Positions 18,750-30,122 of a stretch of DNA of 64,000 nucleotides are shown here, in pieces; positions within the stretch are counted from its first letter, which is position 1; each line of letters opens with the position of its first letter. A model generated the notes under the pieces. That model worked only from the letters and a program-made list of their open reading frames with translations, made no database searches and was not told where the DNA came from. The DNA lies in assembly GCA_958296135.2 (NCBI GenBank), contig CATQHZ020000002.1, forward strand, positions 1 through 64,000. Reading direction: 5' to 3'. Both the position numbers and the translations under genes were made by a program. The stretch comes from an uncultured Poribacteria bacterium. Lineage in GTDB: Bacteria > Poribacteria > WGA-4E > WGA-3G.

Positions 18750-19724
18750 TTATGATCTTAGCCAAGGCACCCAATCTAATGTACCAGCACCAATTGCATT
18801 AGCTGTTCTTAAGTCGATTCCATTAGTAATAGTATGATCATATCTCTGAGGAGTCCAACTAGGACCAGTAGGTGGACTATATGTCCATGGAGTATTTGCA
18901 CCAATCGAACCTAATCTTTGATACCGCCAACCATTTCTACTAGAACTGCCATTATAAATTTGGCTTCCAGTTAATGAATTTGCTTTAGTTATTACTTCTA
19001 CTCCATCTAAACCACATTCTCCCGATAAAAAATTAAATTTTTGTTCTGTTGCTAAATTTATATCAATTGAAATTGATCTTGTAAGCATCTCTAACCAATA
19101 AATTAACGTTTCTTGTCTTTGTCCGTGCTCTAATAAATGATCTGCTGTAGTAGCTGGAGCAAGTAAAGGCCTTGATATCCATATTGGAAAGAGCGGATTA
19201 TTAATATTATCTAATATTTTTTGCTTTAAATAATTTCTTCTATTTTCTGTACTAGCTAAACTAGTATAAAGGCTTGGCGTTGGAATAACTTGATCTGTAT
19301 AAGAACCTGGAAAAGCCACAGTTGGAGAAGATGGAGTTCCACCACTAGTCCAGAAAGCATTAATAGGAAAAGTTTGTGCCGCAGTACTACTTGGAGCCTC
19401 ATCTGATTTAGTTTTATAATCATACCATAAAAATCTTTCTTGAGGTATATTTTCACCAACTAGGGTAGGATCATAAAACTCATTTACTGTAATAATAAAC
19501 CTAGCATCAGCCCCAATCTTTTGTGAACTAACCGAGACAACTGGTTCATTATTAATCTCACGAAATGTTCCTTCTGCATTCGCTGAAAAATTAAATTGTT
19601 TATCAGTAGCAGTTCCCACTGGATCTTCTATACGCGTTCTAATAATACCATCATTAGTTAGAATGATACCAGTCGTCCTTTTTGTAGCATGTGTTTTAGG
19701 AATCATTTTAATAATTGTTGACAT
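18750..19724 (-). CDS. hypothetical protein, last gene of the structural operon
   Basis: GGGGGAGG RBS; follows the fiber-like genes. Confidence 0.65.
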   Translation of the reverse strand: MSTIIKMIPKTHATKRTTGIILTNDGIIRTRIEDPVGTATDKQFNFSANAEGTFREINNEPVVSVSSQKIGADARFIITVNEFYDPTLVGENIPQERFLWYDYKTKSDEAPSSTAAQTFPINAFWTSGGTPSSPTVAFPGSYTDQVIPTPSLYTSLASTENRRNYLKQKILDNINNPLFPIWISRPLLAPATTADHLLEHGQRQETLIYWLEMLTRSISIDINLATEQKFNFLSGECGLDGVEVITKANSLTGSQIYNGSSSRNGWRYQRLGSIGANTPWTYSPPTGPSWTPQRYDHTITNGIDLRTANAIGAGTLDWVPWLRS

Positions 19725-19735
19725 ATTTCCTCCCC

Positions 19736-22700
19736 CTATGGAATTCCATAAATCCTTCTAATGCCAACATTAGAAGATCCTTCATAAATTCTAAAGGTTG
19801 TTTGAGTAACTGGCTTAATCAACTTATATGTATTAAACGCTTCTAATATAATTAGACCTGCTCTTCCACCAGTCCCGTGATTAGTTATCATATCAGATAC
19901 TGCAGGTTCCGGAACATAAGAAAATAGACCAGATCCAGCAGCTCCATCAGAATCATACCAAATACCAATGCTTCTATACTGATCAAATCGCCTACCTGAA
20001 ATTAATGAATAATTGGTACTGGCTGAAGTTGCGGTTGTTCTATCACTTATACTAGGACCAGATTGCCAAATAACTTCTGGTTCCGCAGTAGCCTCCCCAC
20101 CACCACTTCCAGCTGAAACTTCCATATAAACAAACCCATCACTAAATTGCGCTGTAGCTCCATTATTTACAGTTCGTAAAAACCTAATTCTAAATCTTGC
20201 ATTAGCTGCGACTTCCATTACTGAAAGAACTCTTTCAAAGTTAATATAGTCTCCAACAGATAAATCAGTTCCTGAAAGGGCTTCATCTGAACTTGGAGTT
20301 CCAATTGTAGCTGAATTTGCTTCATTTCTTAATGAAGCGGTACCGGTAAAATTTGATCCTATAGGATTAGGACCAACTTGAGCTCGAATACGAATAACAA
20401 TAGGAGTTTCTAATTCTCTTAATTCATTGGGAATATCAATTGCATTTGAAAGAGCCGATGTTGATCCAACGTCAAATGTGTCTACTGTCCGATCTACAAC
20501 AAATCTATCTAAATTTTGAGTGCGCTGATATGGATTATAGGCTTGCTGAAACAAATAATCTGCTTTTGCTGCTAATTGTTGAACATTTGCTGGAGTATTA
20601 GGAACGCCAGAGACTCCGGTAACTTCTCGTAATCCACCAATAAAGTCAACAGGATTAGCCATTGTATCTTCTGGTATTATAATATTCTCTGATGGAATAG
20701 AGCCTACTAAATCTCGTTCAGCATACATTATACCATTAGTTAAGCTAATAGCATAAGCCTGTGGCTGCACTGCTATTTGAAGAATAATATAAAAGGTATT
20801 AGGAATATTAGCAGAGTGGGGAAGTATCGCATTAATATTAATAGTATTGCCTGAAGTAACCCCACTTATATCTTGCTGTGCATAAGTAACTCCAGCATTT
20901 TCTGAATTATTAACCGATCTTATAAATAAGGTTCCAACATTACCTGATAATGCCGGTGGTAAAGTAATTGTATAACCTACTGTTATAGCAATTGGATTAT
21001 TTAATCTTTCGCCGCCTTCATCAACTAATCTTGAAGATAACGTTATCTGCTCACTAACTAAATCAACAGTCTCAATAGTGTTGGCGGCTCTATTAATATT
21101 GTTTAATGTTGTTCGCTGACTATAAGTAGATCCACTAGCACCAGCACCAACCGTTAAATCATCTAGTTTTTGAGCAACCTTTTGAACATTATCATCAGTT
21201 GTGGCTAAATTTCCATTAAAACTGGATGTATCAACCGTAACCAAATTAGCACCTACTCTTTCAACAATATCCAAATCATACTCTGTAATTAGCAATCTGG
21301 CATCTGCTTGACCTGTTGGTACAATAAATCCAATTCTAATACTAGCAGCATTACTTGGAAGATCTACTTCTATATTTCTAGTAGTAGCTGTAGCTGTTTG
21401 ACCGCTATAAGATGTAGTACTAAGAGCAGTACTAGAAACATTAGTATAAACATTATGAGTAAAATCTACATCACTTCTTCCATCAGTTGGAGATCCTGTA
21501 AATGCTGATTTAAATGAGATTTTTGCATAGAAAGTTCTATTCGGCCTATTCATAACATTTTGAATATTTCTATGAATCATAATTACAGGTGATCTTTCTT
21601 CGTTTCCATCATCATCTATTCCAGAAGGAGCCGCAGGCCATTCTAGATCTTCAAAATCAGATGGCTGAATCGGAAACTCATCTACTTGACCAATAAACTG
21701 ATCTAATGTTACTAAACCGGAAGGATTTATATTATTTCCTATAACTCCATGATTAACAAGAATTTCATCACTCTTAATATCTGGACGTAATTCAGCCCTA
21801 AAATTATCAACGCCCGCTAATAAATTTGTGGATGAATCTTGAGTTACGGTAACTCTTAATTGAATTGAAGTCGTTCCTCGAGGAATATTTCCAGCACCGC
21901 GAGCATATCCAGATACTTCGTTATTATTAGTTGGAAAATTAACTGTTCCGCGAGCTGGAGTTTGAAATGTATTTCCAGATCCAGTTCTAGCATCAAGGGC
22001 GTAATGTCCAGTTCCTACAGTTCCTGGTTCGATTGTTATTTTAGCGTTAGTTTCAATAAAAATATCTGTATTATAAGTTGACGAGAAATTTACTAAATCT
22101 TGATTAATATTAAAACTAACAATCGCATAATCCCCAACTTGACTTAACCCACCAATTGAAGTTGGTTGATTAGCGGGATTAGCAGCAGGACGAAGATATC
22201 TGGTATTTGTTAATTCTACAATTTGAGGTACTATTGGTTTATTAAGAATTCGGGTTGGTCCAGTAGCAGCATTCCAATCTGATGGTTGTTGAGTAAAACT
22301 GCCACCTCCTCCTAACGTCGCATTATGAAATACATCAAGGGCTTCATCTACATTGTCCACAGAAGAAGGGATGTTACCATTTCCGGTTGGCGTATAAGAT
22401 ATATCTTCTGCAGTTGGATTACCAATTCTAATATTTGGGGTTGAACGATAAGCATTAGAAGTTGCCGGTAAAATTAATATTCTAAACCATTTTGCACCAG
22501 CAACACTAAGTGCCCAAAGAGTCTGTCCTCCAAAATCTAAATTATTATTAAGCGCGTTCCAACTAATAACAGGATTTCCAGGATTATCATCAGCACTATA
22601 AATAATACGAGATTGATAATCTCCAAAGAAGAGTGGATCTGACCAGGAATAGGTACTTCCACTAGTTCTTTTTACTCTAACACTATTTTCATCAGTTCTA

Positions 22701-22930
22701 ATCCAAATAAAAGGACTATTAGCATCGGGAACTGGAGTTGTAGTTCCAGATCCAACAATATTTGAAGCTTCTAGTTTTCTATTAAGAACTGTTAACGCAT
22801 CTTCTCCAGAACTTGATGGATCAGCCGATGCCATAATATCTGCTAAATAAGCTAGAGCTTTATCTGTTCCAATTGGAAATAAAGTTTTTCTAACGCTTTG
22901 GTTCCGCGTTTGAGGAGTTAATGTTGCCAT
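19736..22930 (-). CDS. tail fiber/receptor-binding-like protein
   Basis: 1064 aa, T/S/N/G-rich beta domains separated by short NVDEALD, NVQKVAQKLD and NVQQLAAKAD helical units typical of trimeric fibers. Confidence 0.6.
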   Translation of the reverse strand: MATLTPQTRNQSVRKTLFPIGTDKALAYLADIMASADPSSSGEDALTVLNRKLEASNIVGSGTTTPVPDANSPFIWIRTDENSVRVKRTSGSTYSWSDPLFFGDYQSRIIYSADDNPGNPVISWNALNNNLDFGGQTLWALSVAGAKWFRILILPATSNAYRSTPNIRIGNPTAEDISYTPTGNGNIPSSVDNVDEALDVFHNATLGGGGSFTQQPSDWNAATGPTRILNKPIVPQIVELTNTRYLRPAANPANQPTSIGGLSQVGDYAIVSFNINQDLVNFSSTYNTDIFIETNAKITIEPGTVGTGHYALDARTGSGNTFQTPARGTVNFPTNNNEVSGYARGAGNIPRGTTSIQLRVTVTQDSSTNLLAGVDNFRAELRPDIKSDEILVNHGVIGNNINPSGLVTLDQFIGQVDEFPIQPSDFEDLEWPAAPSGIDDDGNEERSPVIMIHRNIQNVMNRPNRTFYAKISFKSAFTGSPTDGRSDVDFTHNVYTNVSSTALSTTSYSGQTATATTRNIEVDLPSNAASIRIGFIVPTGQADARLLITEYDLDIVERVGANLVTVDTSSFNGNLATTDDNVQKVAQKLDDLTVGAGASGSTYSQRTTLNNINRAANTIETVDLVSEQITLSSRLVDEGGERLNNPIAITVGYTITLPPALSGNVGTLFIRSVNNSENAGVTYAQQDISGVTSGNTININAILPHSANIPNTFYIILQIAVQPQAYAISLTNGIMYAERDLVGSIPSENIIIPEDTMANPVDFIGGLREVTGVSGVPNTPANVQQLAAKADYLFQQAYNPYQRTQNLDRFVVDRTVDTFDVGSTSALSNAIDIPNELRELETPIVIRIRAQVGPNPIGSNFTGTASLRNEANSATIGTPSSDEALSGTDLSVGDYINFERVLSVMEVAANARFRIRFLRTVNNGATAQFSDGFVYMEVSAGSGGGEATAEPEVIWQSGPSISDRTTATSASTNYSLISGRRFDQYRSIGIWYDSDGAAGSGLFSYVPEPAVSDMITNHGTGGRAGLIILEAFNTYKLIKPVTQTTFRIYEGSSNVGIRRIYGIP

Positions 22931-22939
22931 ATCATACCT

Positions 22940-25900
22940 CTATGGATTTCTTCTTATTGTTATAGTAAAGTTATTTTGATTATTAGCTCTTCCAATATTA
23001 TAGAACCATCTTTGTCCTGTATTTGTCCAAGCATAAAAGATATCACCATCTAATGGATCCGTAGCACCTGTCATCATAAACCCAGTTGGAAGTTCCACAT
23101 AATAATTAATTCCAGTGCTAGTAGTTACTGGCATAGCAACTGAGAATGTATGACTTTGACCAGCCGCCAATTGAATAGGAGCTGTCATTTCAGCTGTACC
23201 AGTAGGAGCATTAGTAGATGTAGCTAAACCATAAGTTAATCTAACTGATGTTGTTGATGGTGCAACTGCCATCGGTAATCCTTTTAGATAAATAGTAGGA
23301 TCAAGAGTAACTCCAGAAATATCTTCTCGATATGTAGCGGTCATTGCATAAAGGTTTTGATTTGATGGTGTTGCTGGTATAGTTCTTGACCATAAACCAA
23401 GTCCACCAAATGCGGATCCATTATAAGTTAAAGTTGGTGCTGTTGGTGCTGTTGTTCCCCTTTGATAAATTTCAACAATACTAATACCATTTACAGCATT
23501 ATATCTGACTACTCCCGTAACAACCGCAGATCCATTTCTTCCAGTAATATAAGCAACATCTGCTTGCCAAATATAATCTCCTCCTGAAGGTGGAACTTGC
23601 AGTGGTGCCCAAGGATCTGGATCGCTAAAGAATGATCCATTATAAGTTAAAACTGGACCTGGTGGCACTGGCAGCGCAGTCATTGTTCTACGATAATAAA
23701 CTCTAACTCCCCCTCCTCCTGGACCAGTAGGACCTGCTGGACCGGTAGCACCATCAGTTCCATCAGTTCCATCAGCACCTCTTGGACCTGTTGGACCAGT
23801 TGCACCCGTACCTCCTGCTGCACCCGCTGGACCTGCAGGACCTGCTGCACCCGTACCTCCTGCTGGACCTTGTGGTCCTTCTGGACCTATTTCTCCTGTT
23901 TGTTTTATAGGCGCACTAAACATAATAACTCCTACTCCAGTAATAGTTGCTATTGAAATATAAAGCGGATCAGTTCCACCAGGTTCAGAAAGACTCCAAT
24001 TTGTAGGAGCATTATTTAATTGACCGCCAGTTGCCGTAATACCAGTGTTTGATGGAATCCCACTTAAATTAGTTGCTGATCTTCTATAAATAATATCGAA
24101 TGATGTTCCGTCAGAACCGTTAGAACCGTTAGACCCATTTGTTCCATTAGTGCCATCAGTGCCATTTGCACCTGCTGGTCCCGCTGGTCCTCGCGCACCT
24201 GTAGTTCCATCACGATATGGAGTTCCGAGGATTGTTACTACATTGGTCCCGCCATTAATAAGAATCTCTTGTCCCCACAATGAATCTGAACCTGCTGGAG
24301 GACTAAGTGACCATGTAACACCGCCTGAAGTTAATCCGCTAAAAGTTGTTCCATCATATGTAATACCTGCTGGAGTTGTAGGAGTAGCCGCTTGTCGTGT
24401 ATAAAGTGTCCTTTGAGTATCTCCCATTGCTGCCGCAGTGCCAGGCATTCCTTGTAGACCTTGTTCACCTTGAGGACCAGTTGCTAAATATGGAAGTCCA
24501 ATCGTATTCACAGTAGCTTGGTTAATAATTTCTACTTCCTGAGCATATAAAGGATTAGTTCCAGTAGCAAGATTTGGTAATTCAGTCCAACCACTTAAAT
24601 TTGTAATTCTTCCATTTGTGAACGTCAATCCTGTTGGCGCACTTGTTGGAGCTGTTGCAAATCGTTGCCATATTAATCGAACACTATCTCCTTTTGGTCC
24701 TGCAGCACCATCCGTACCATCTGTTCCATTAGTTCCATCCGTACCATTTGATCCATCTGCTCCAGGTGGACCTCGAGGACCAATCGCTCCTGCGGTACCA
24801 TCTGCTCCTGGTGGTCCAGAAGATTCATATACGGTCTGCACAAAGGTTGTATTATCTGCATTAATTCTTACATTAGCAGCCCAAAGTTTTTCTGTATTAT
24901 TTTCTCTGTCACGTGGATCAAAGGACCATTCCAAGAGACCATTAATATTTCCACCAGAGTAAGTTCCAAAGCGAGGTTGACTTGGTATTGTATTTGCCCA
25001 CAAATAAACTGTTAAATTACTTCTTCCATCAGTTCCTGGAGGTCCTGCGACCGTTGATGGTGATCCTGGTAATCCTCGCTCACCACGATCTCCTTTGTCT
25101 CCTTTTACCGAATCGCCTTTTGGACCAGTAGCACCTCGTGGTCCTTGTGGGCCAGTCATTCTAATTGGATGACTATAAGCATTAATCGAATCAGCAGTCC
25201 CACTTAAATAGACAGCCGCAGTATAAATTGGATCGCCAGCAGTTCCAGCGGCTTCAGCTTCCGCATAAGTATTATACCAATTAGCAGGTGGAGTAAAAGT
25301 ATTGGCTGAATGATCCCAAGTTCCTCCAGTTGGAATAGTTCTTAGAGCATTACTAGTAGCCTGAAACATAAAGGTTACAGAACTACCATCATTTGCCATT
25401 CCACCAGTTCCTGGCGTTCCCATTGGACCAACGGCACCTCGTTGACCAGCCGGTCCTTCCATTTGAAATGGAGCTGAATAAGTTAGAGTTGGAATTCCTT
25501 CTGAATTATATTGCCACGCAAGACCATATAGAGTTCCAGATCCAGTATTTGGATCGCTTCCCCAACCACCAGATACAACCACAGTATTTGTGGTAGCGAA
25601 AAATTGACCAGTTCCTCCAGCCGGAGAGGTTGGAATAGAACTTGATCTCTGATATAGGAATCCTTGAGACGCTCCTCTTGCACCCTGACTACCAGCGGCA
25701 CCTGCTGCACCAGCGGCTCCTGTATCTCCCTTCAAATTTAACTGAACTGGTAAGTCATAAGAAATCGTGTTTGCCTCACCATGTAATGTCACAACTGACA
25801 TATACACAAATCTATTATTTAACGGATCCGGAATATCTGAGAGCCAGTCGGTGGGTACCGTAAAGGCATTTGTCGTATGATCCCAAGTTCCACCTGTAGG

Positions 25901-28582
25901 ACGAGTTCCTATGATCGTAGAATCTTGACTCGTAGTTGAAACTCGATAAATCGCCGCTAGAGAGTCACCATCTTCTCCGGAACCTGTCGTTCCACCAGAA
26001 ACTCCTGGAGGTCCTCTCTCACCTACTGCACCTTTTAAACCATTCAATCTAAATACGTCACCATAAGTTTCTGTATTAGATGTGCCAGGTAATGTTACCT
26101 TGACTGCATATAAGTTCTGAGTTCCCGTATAAGTTCCATTATTTAAAGTCCACCCGCTAGGAGGAGTATAAGCATCCGTTTCTGCATCCCAAATTCCTGA
26201 TCCAGATGTTGGGCGGACAGGCATCGTACTAGAAACTTGAAAGATTATTTCGTTTCCAATACCTCTAAATCCCATTAATCCTCTATCGCCAGCTTCTCCT
26301 TTTTCACCATTTAATTGATAAATACCTGTATAAGTGACTGTGCCACCACCACTTGGTAATTCAACCCCACTAGCATATAAGTTTTCTGGATCGTTTACTG
26401 ATCTAGTTGGCGAATTACGCAACCAACCAGAAGGCGCTCTAAATGTTGATCCATCCCAAGTTCCACCAGTTGGTATACTTGGTTCATTCATTGCCTCGCG
26501 AAAAATAATAGTAAACCCAATTCCAGCAGGACCTGGCACAGTACTACCAGCACCTTGTGGACCTTGTTCACCCTGAATACCACGAGGACCTTGTTCACCG
26601 CGAGGAACGCGAAATGGTGTCTTATAATTAATTCTTACAGTAGGACTAGTTCCTTCTCCTGGTAATGCGGCTTCTGAAAGATAAAGATCTTCACCTGATA
26701 CTAGAGTTCGAGATACATTAAGTTCCCAATCAGGTGGCGGAGTAAATGTTCCAGATATAAATGTACCGCCTGATGGGGCTGGTGGTAAAGTTCCGCTAAT
26801 TCGATAAACAAAAGCAGTAGAATCGCCTGGTGGTCCTCTTGGACCAGTAATCTTGACAGGATTTCCATAACTAATAATAGTTGAACCATCACCATCTAAT
26901 TTAACAACAGATAAATATAAATCGCCATCTCCAGTTAAATGAGCTTCTGCAGCCGATGCAGTCAAATGCCAATCATTAGGAGCTGTATTAAAATTACCTC
27001 CAACATATGATCCTTCAGTTCTAGGAGGAGTTGTTGGAGTAGCACCGCCTGACATAACTTCACGAAAAATAAATGTTACTGAATTTCCATTCGTGCCAGC
27101 AGTTCCAGAACCACCTCCGCCACCCGATATAACTGTTATTTCTCCTTCGCTTCCAATAGTTCTTCTAGCAGTCATCCAAAACGCATTTGATTCTGTTACA
27201 TCAAATGGACTATCTTCTTGTATAAATAATGCCGAACTCCATAAAGTATTTTGAGGATTATAGAATCGATGAATAGTATTATTCATCAGAGTAAATAATT
27301 CAAATTCTGATAATGCGATTCCAATAGAATTAACTTCCAGATTAAACTCAAGGCTAGTATATCTTCGTTCTGGATCAGCTTTTCCATACGCATAAATTTT
27401 ATCATCAGTTCCATCTAATACATATAAAAAAGAATCAGTTGATCCAATTGCTATAGGATTACTATTCACATCTGGTAAAACATCTCTTCCAAGTGCTATT
27501 TGTTCAACGCCTTGTAAATTAAATACTCTTATTGCTTTTGTGGTTATATTTGTACTAGCAAGAATAGCCGAGACAAGATAAATGTTAGAACCATTAATAG
27601 TAATAGCTCTCGGTATTTGATGATTTAGTGGAGTAGTTACAGAATGTCGAGTTTGAAAACCTCCATCATCCTTATTATAAACATAAATGTAGTTTAAGTA
27701 AGGATCAAGCGAACCCGCCTGATTAGCATCATCGAATACATAAATTCTACTCCCAGAAATAGCTATTGATACTGGAGAAGTATTCGCACTATTTAAATTC
27801 CAATTTGGATTAGTGTTGGCAGGAGTTCCATTAAAATTATATCTATAAATGGAACCAAGTTGCATAACGTAAATAATATTCGTATCTGGATCAACTACTA
27901 TGTCACGCCCATTAGATATACCAATAGCAGTATTAGTATCATGCATCCGAGAAACATATGGATCTAGTGACCATTGATTAGATAACGTTAAAGAAGTTGA
28001 GTCTGCTGGTCTAGTCCCATTATAAGTCACAACAGGACGAGTATAAGTAGTACCAAAATAAGACGCACCATAATCAAATACAGGAACTTTTCTATAAATA
28101 AATCTGGTTGAATATCCATCTAGGCCTGCGGCACCAGCAACACCTATTGGACCTTGTAATCCTCTTATACCTTGTAATCCTCTTGGACCTTGCGAACCAG
28201 TAGCGCCTATCGGACCTCTTGGACCAATAGCGCCATCAGTTCCATCTGTTCCATCAGAACCAGTTGGACCAGTCAAACCTATTGGACCTTGCTGCCCTCT
28301 TGGACCAACTGGAACTACAATAGCACCAAGATTTGCCCAATAACGCGTAGAACCTACTGGATTAGTATTAACTGGAATAGTATCTTCTACGGCAAGATAA
28401 GAAATTCCATCAGTTCCTAATACTATGTCTCCACCACTATAAATCGCTGTGCTAGACCAATTTCCCTTATAACTAAATTTATAGTCACCTTGTGAAAAAA
28501 TAGCTTGACTATAGACAGATTCTACAGGCGTAAAAGTCAAGCTAAATAATAATAAAAATAAGATTATGGAAAATCGTCTCAT
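22940..28582 (-). CDS. 1880-aa collagen-like protein: signal-peptide-like N-terminus, CBM5/12-like module, beta-propeller and repeated globular units
   Basis: Many Gly-X-Y runs alternating with ~70-aa FIYR...P..G.W...LY repeats; [17 protein letters not shown] module; NHL-like IYV repeats. Confidence 0.8.
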   Translation of the reverse strand: MRRFSIILFLLLFSLTFTPVESVYSQAIFSQGDYKFSYKGNWSSTAIYSGGDIVLGTDGISYLAVEDTIPVNTNPVGSTRYWANLGAIVVPVGPRGQQGPIGLTGPTGSDGTDGTDGAIGPRGPIGATGSQGPRGLQGIRGLQGPIGVAGAAGLDGYSTRFIYRKVPVFDYGASYFGTTYTRPVVTYNGTRPADSTSLTLSNQWSLDPYVSRMHDTNTAIGISNGRDIVVDPDTNIIYVMQLGSIYRYNFNGTPANTNPNWNLNSANTSPVSIAISGSRIYVFDDANQAGSLDPYLNYIYVYNKDDGGFQTRHSVTTPLNHQIPRAITINGSNIYLVSAILASTNITTKAIRVFNLQGVEQIALGRDVLPDVNSNPIAIGSTDSFLYVLDGTDDKIYAYGKADPERRYTSLEFNLEVNSIGIALSEFELFTLMNNTIHRFYNPQNTLWSSALFIQEDSPFDVTESNAFWMTARRTIGSEGEITVISGGGGGSGTAGTNGNSVTFIFREVMSGGATPTTPPRTEGSYVGGNFNTAPNDWHLTASAAEAHLTGDGDLYLSVVKLDGDGSTIISYGNPVKITGPRGPPGDSTAFVYRISGTLPPAPSGGTFISGTFTPPPDWELNVSRTLVSGEDLYLSEAALPGEGTSPTVRINYKTPFRVPRGEQGPRGIQGEQGPQGAGSTVPGPAGIGFTIIFREAMNEPSIPTGGTWDGSTFRAPSGWLRNSPTRSVNDPENLYASGVELPSGGGTVTYTGIYQLNGEKGEAGDRGLMGFRGIGNEIIFQVSSTMPVRPTSGSGIWDAETDAYTPPSGWTLNNGTYTGTQNLYAVKVTLPGTSNTETYGDVFRLNGLKGAVGERGPPGVSGGTTGSGEDGDSLAAIYRVSTTSQDSTIIGTRPTGGTWDHTTNAFTVPTDWLSDIPDPLNNRFVYMSVVTLHGEANTISYDLPVQLNLKGDTGAAGAAGAAGSQGARGASQGFLYQRSSSIPTSPAGGTGQFFATTNTVVVSGGWGSDPNTGSGTLYGLAWQYNSEGIPTLTYSAPFQMEGPAGQRGAVGPMGTPGTGGMANDGSSVTFMFQATSNALRTIPTGGTWDHSANTFTPPANWYNTYAEAEAAGTAGDPIYTAAVYLSGTADSINAYSHPIRMTGPQGPRGATGPKGDSVKGDKGDRGERGLPGSPSTVAGPPGTDGRSNLTVYLWANTIPSQPRFGTYSGGNINGLLEWSFDPRDRENNTEKLWAANVRINADNTTFVQTVYESSGPPGADGTAGAIGPRGPPGADGSNGTDGTNGTDGTDGAAGPKGDSVRLIWQRFATAPTSAPTGLTFTNGRITNLSGWTELPNLATGTNPLYAQEVEIINQATVNTIGLPYLATGPQGEQGLQGMPGTAAAMGDTQRTLYTRQAATPTTPAGITYDGTTFSGLTSGGVTWSLSPPAGSDSLWGQEILINGGTNVVTILGTPYRDGTTGARGPAGPAGANGTDGTNGTNGSNGSNGSDGTSFDIIYRRSATNLSGIPSNTGITATGGQLNNAPTNWSLSEPGGTDPLYISIATITGVGVIMFSAPIKQTGEIGPEGPQGPAGGTGAAGPAGPAGAAGGTGATGPTGPRGADGTDGTDGATGPAGPTGPGGGGVRVYYRRTMTALPVPPGPVLTYNGSFFSDPDPWAPLQVPPSGGDYIWQADVAYITGRNGSAVVTGVVRYNAVNGISIVEIYQRGTTAPTAPTLTYNGSAFGGLGLWSRTIPATPSNQNLYAMTATYREDISGVTLDPTIYLKGLPMAVAPSTTSVRLTYGLATSTNAPTGTAEMTAPIQLAAGQSHTFSVAMPVTTSTGINYYVELPTGFMMTGATDPLDGDIFYAWTNTGQRWFYNIGRANNQNNFTITIRRNP

Positions 28583-28594
28583 TTTTCCGCCCCC

Positions 28595-28915
28595 TTAGTT
28601 ATAAATTGATCTTAATGATGTAACATGATCCCAATAAAATATAGTGCCAGTTCTAGCACCTGATCCAGCAGTTCGATTAACCCTATATCTAAATCCAGGA
28701 GATCCGTTAACACCAGTCATTGGTTCGGTACCAGTTAAATCTTCTGATCCGCGAACTTGCGTCCAAGTTGAATTAGTTGCGAGATTTGTTGGCTGACATT
28801 CAACTTGATATGTATCTCCTGTTTCTATTACTGATCCCATAACAATAAATGTTGTTTGCGGAACAAACGTAGAAGATCGATGATTTGTTTCGTCATATTC
28901 TAATTGGCGTGCCAT
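28595..28915 (-). CDS. small beta-rich virion-associated protein
   Basis: GGAGGA RBS; position in the structural operon. Confidence 0.55.
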   Translation of the reverse strand: MARQLEYDETNHRSSTFVPQTTFIVMGSVIETGDTYQVECQPTNLATNSTWTQVRGSEDLTGTEPMTGVNGSPGFRYRVNRTAGSGARTGTIFYWDHVTSLRSIYN

Positions 28916-28923
28916 AATTCCTC

Positions 28924-29757
28924 CTAAAATGCTGTATATTGATTAACTTGTCCAAATATAGCTTGCGCATCAGTAAATACTATTGCGTCTGGTACTTCGT
29001 CTTCAATAGCATTTACATATTCTGCTTGATAAAGCTCTATACGTCTTTCCCAATCAATATCCTGATATCGAATTCGTTCGCGCAAAATCTGTTCTTCTAA
29101 AAGTTGTGGAATTGCTGGGATAAGTCGGATTGCTGTTGCATATTGAACTGCTAATCTTACTCGTTCTTCTGTCAATTTCTGAGCCGCTGTTTGAATTACT
29201 TCTTGAATTTGTACCCAATCTCCAATTACTCTTGTTGATGGAGCTGAAGTTATTGCTTTGTTCGCATAATAAAGATTACCGCTGTCATCAACAATATCAT
29301 ATTGCCGATAATTTTCTGCAGTTGTATAAACTCCTTTAAATTGAACTGGGATTTGTGTCCAATCATCGGCATCCAAAATTGCCGGAGCTGACGCTATTGC
29401 TTTGTTCGCATAATAAAGAGTTGTCCCACTATAAACTATGTCGTTTTCCTGATAGGCTGTTCCAATAGTATAAGAACCTTCATAATTAAACATTCTTGGG
29501 AATTCATAGGTCACACGATTAAAACCAATGGCTGATAAATATGCATCGTCATTAGCATATCCAAGCTGTTTATAAGCTTGCAGTTCGGCAGCTCGTTCAA
29601 AAACTGGACTATCGATCAAAGAATCCGGAAGATCTTGAGTAGTAAGATATCCGGATACTAGTTGTCGTATTCCATTTAGTGATCCTGAATCGGAAAGTCG
29701 AATGACATATCCCATAATTCTACCCATCATGAAATGGGGAGAGATAAACTCTCCCAA
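28924..29757 (-). CDS. head-tail connector-like protein with two inserted CBM5/12-like repeats (start may be 29715)
   Basis: IRQLVSGYLTTQDLPDSLID and RLAVQYATAIRLIP helical parts flank two YxGxY...YxxxDIV...LYYANKAI.SAP...DWxQI repeats. Confidence 0.6.
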   Translation of the reverse strand: MGEFISPHFMMGRIMGYVIRLSDSGSLNGIRQLVSGYLTTQDLPDSLIDSPVFERAAELQAYKQLGYANDDAYLSAIGFNRVTYEFPRMFNYEGSYTIGTAYQENDIVYSGTTLYYANKAIASAPAILDADDWTQIPVQFKGVYTTAENYRQYDIVDDSGNLYYANKAITSAPSTRVIGDWVQIQEVIQTAAQKLTEERVRLAVQYATAIRLIPAIPQLLEEQILRERIRYQDIDWERRIELYQAEYVNAIEDEVPDAIVFTDAQAIFGQVNQYTAF

Positions 29758-29765
29758 TGCTGATA

Positions 29766-30059
29766 TTACTTTTTAGGTTCTGGAGTTTCCGGAGCAGGCG
29801 CTTTTGCTTTCGGCTTCGGGCCAGGCTTCTTAACTTTCCAATAACCAACATCTTTTCTTACATCATAAACTTTTAAATCAGTTCCAGAAGCATCTACTAT
29901 GTCATTAAATCTTGCTAATGCTTCTTCTGAAGTATCATAATTTGCAATAACAGAACTAGAATTATAATCTAAAACCTGTTTATCAAGAAGAGCAAATGTT
30001 CCAATTAAATCTAAATTCTTAGAAAAAAGAACATCTCCAGTATTATATACAATAAACAT
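29766..30059 (-). CDS. hypothetical protein
   Basis: ORF downstream of the major capsid gene; K/P-rich tail. Confidence 0.6.
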   Translation of the reverse strand: MFIVYNTGDVLFSKNLDLIGTFALLDKQVLDYNSSSVIANYDTSEEALARFNDIVDASGTDLKVYDVRKDVGYWKVKKPGPKPKAKAPAPETPEPKK

Positions 30060-30082
30060 AAAAAATCCTTTAATAATGAAAT

Positions 30083-30110
30083 AAAAGGGGAAAATAAATT
30101 CCCCTTTTTT
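30083..30110. terminator. intrinsic terminator after the major capsid gene
   Basis: AAAAGGGGAA-AATAAA-TTCCCCTTTTTT. Confidence 0.7.
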
Positions 30111-30122
30111 AATCGGTTTAGT

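Noticed and set aside
24150-26576. Plus-strand Pro/Gly-rich ORFs
   Set aside because: Antisense to the collagen Gly-X-Y codons.
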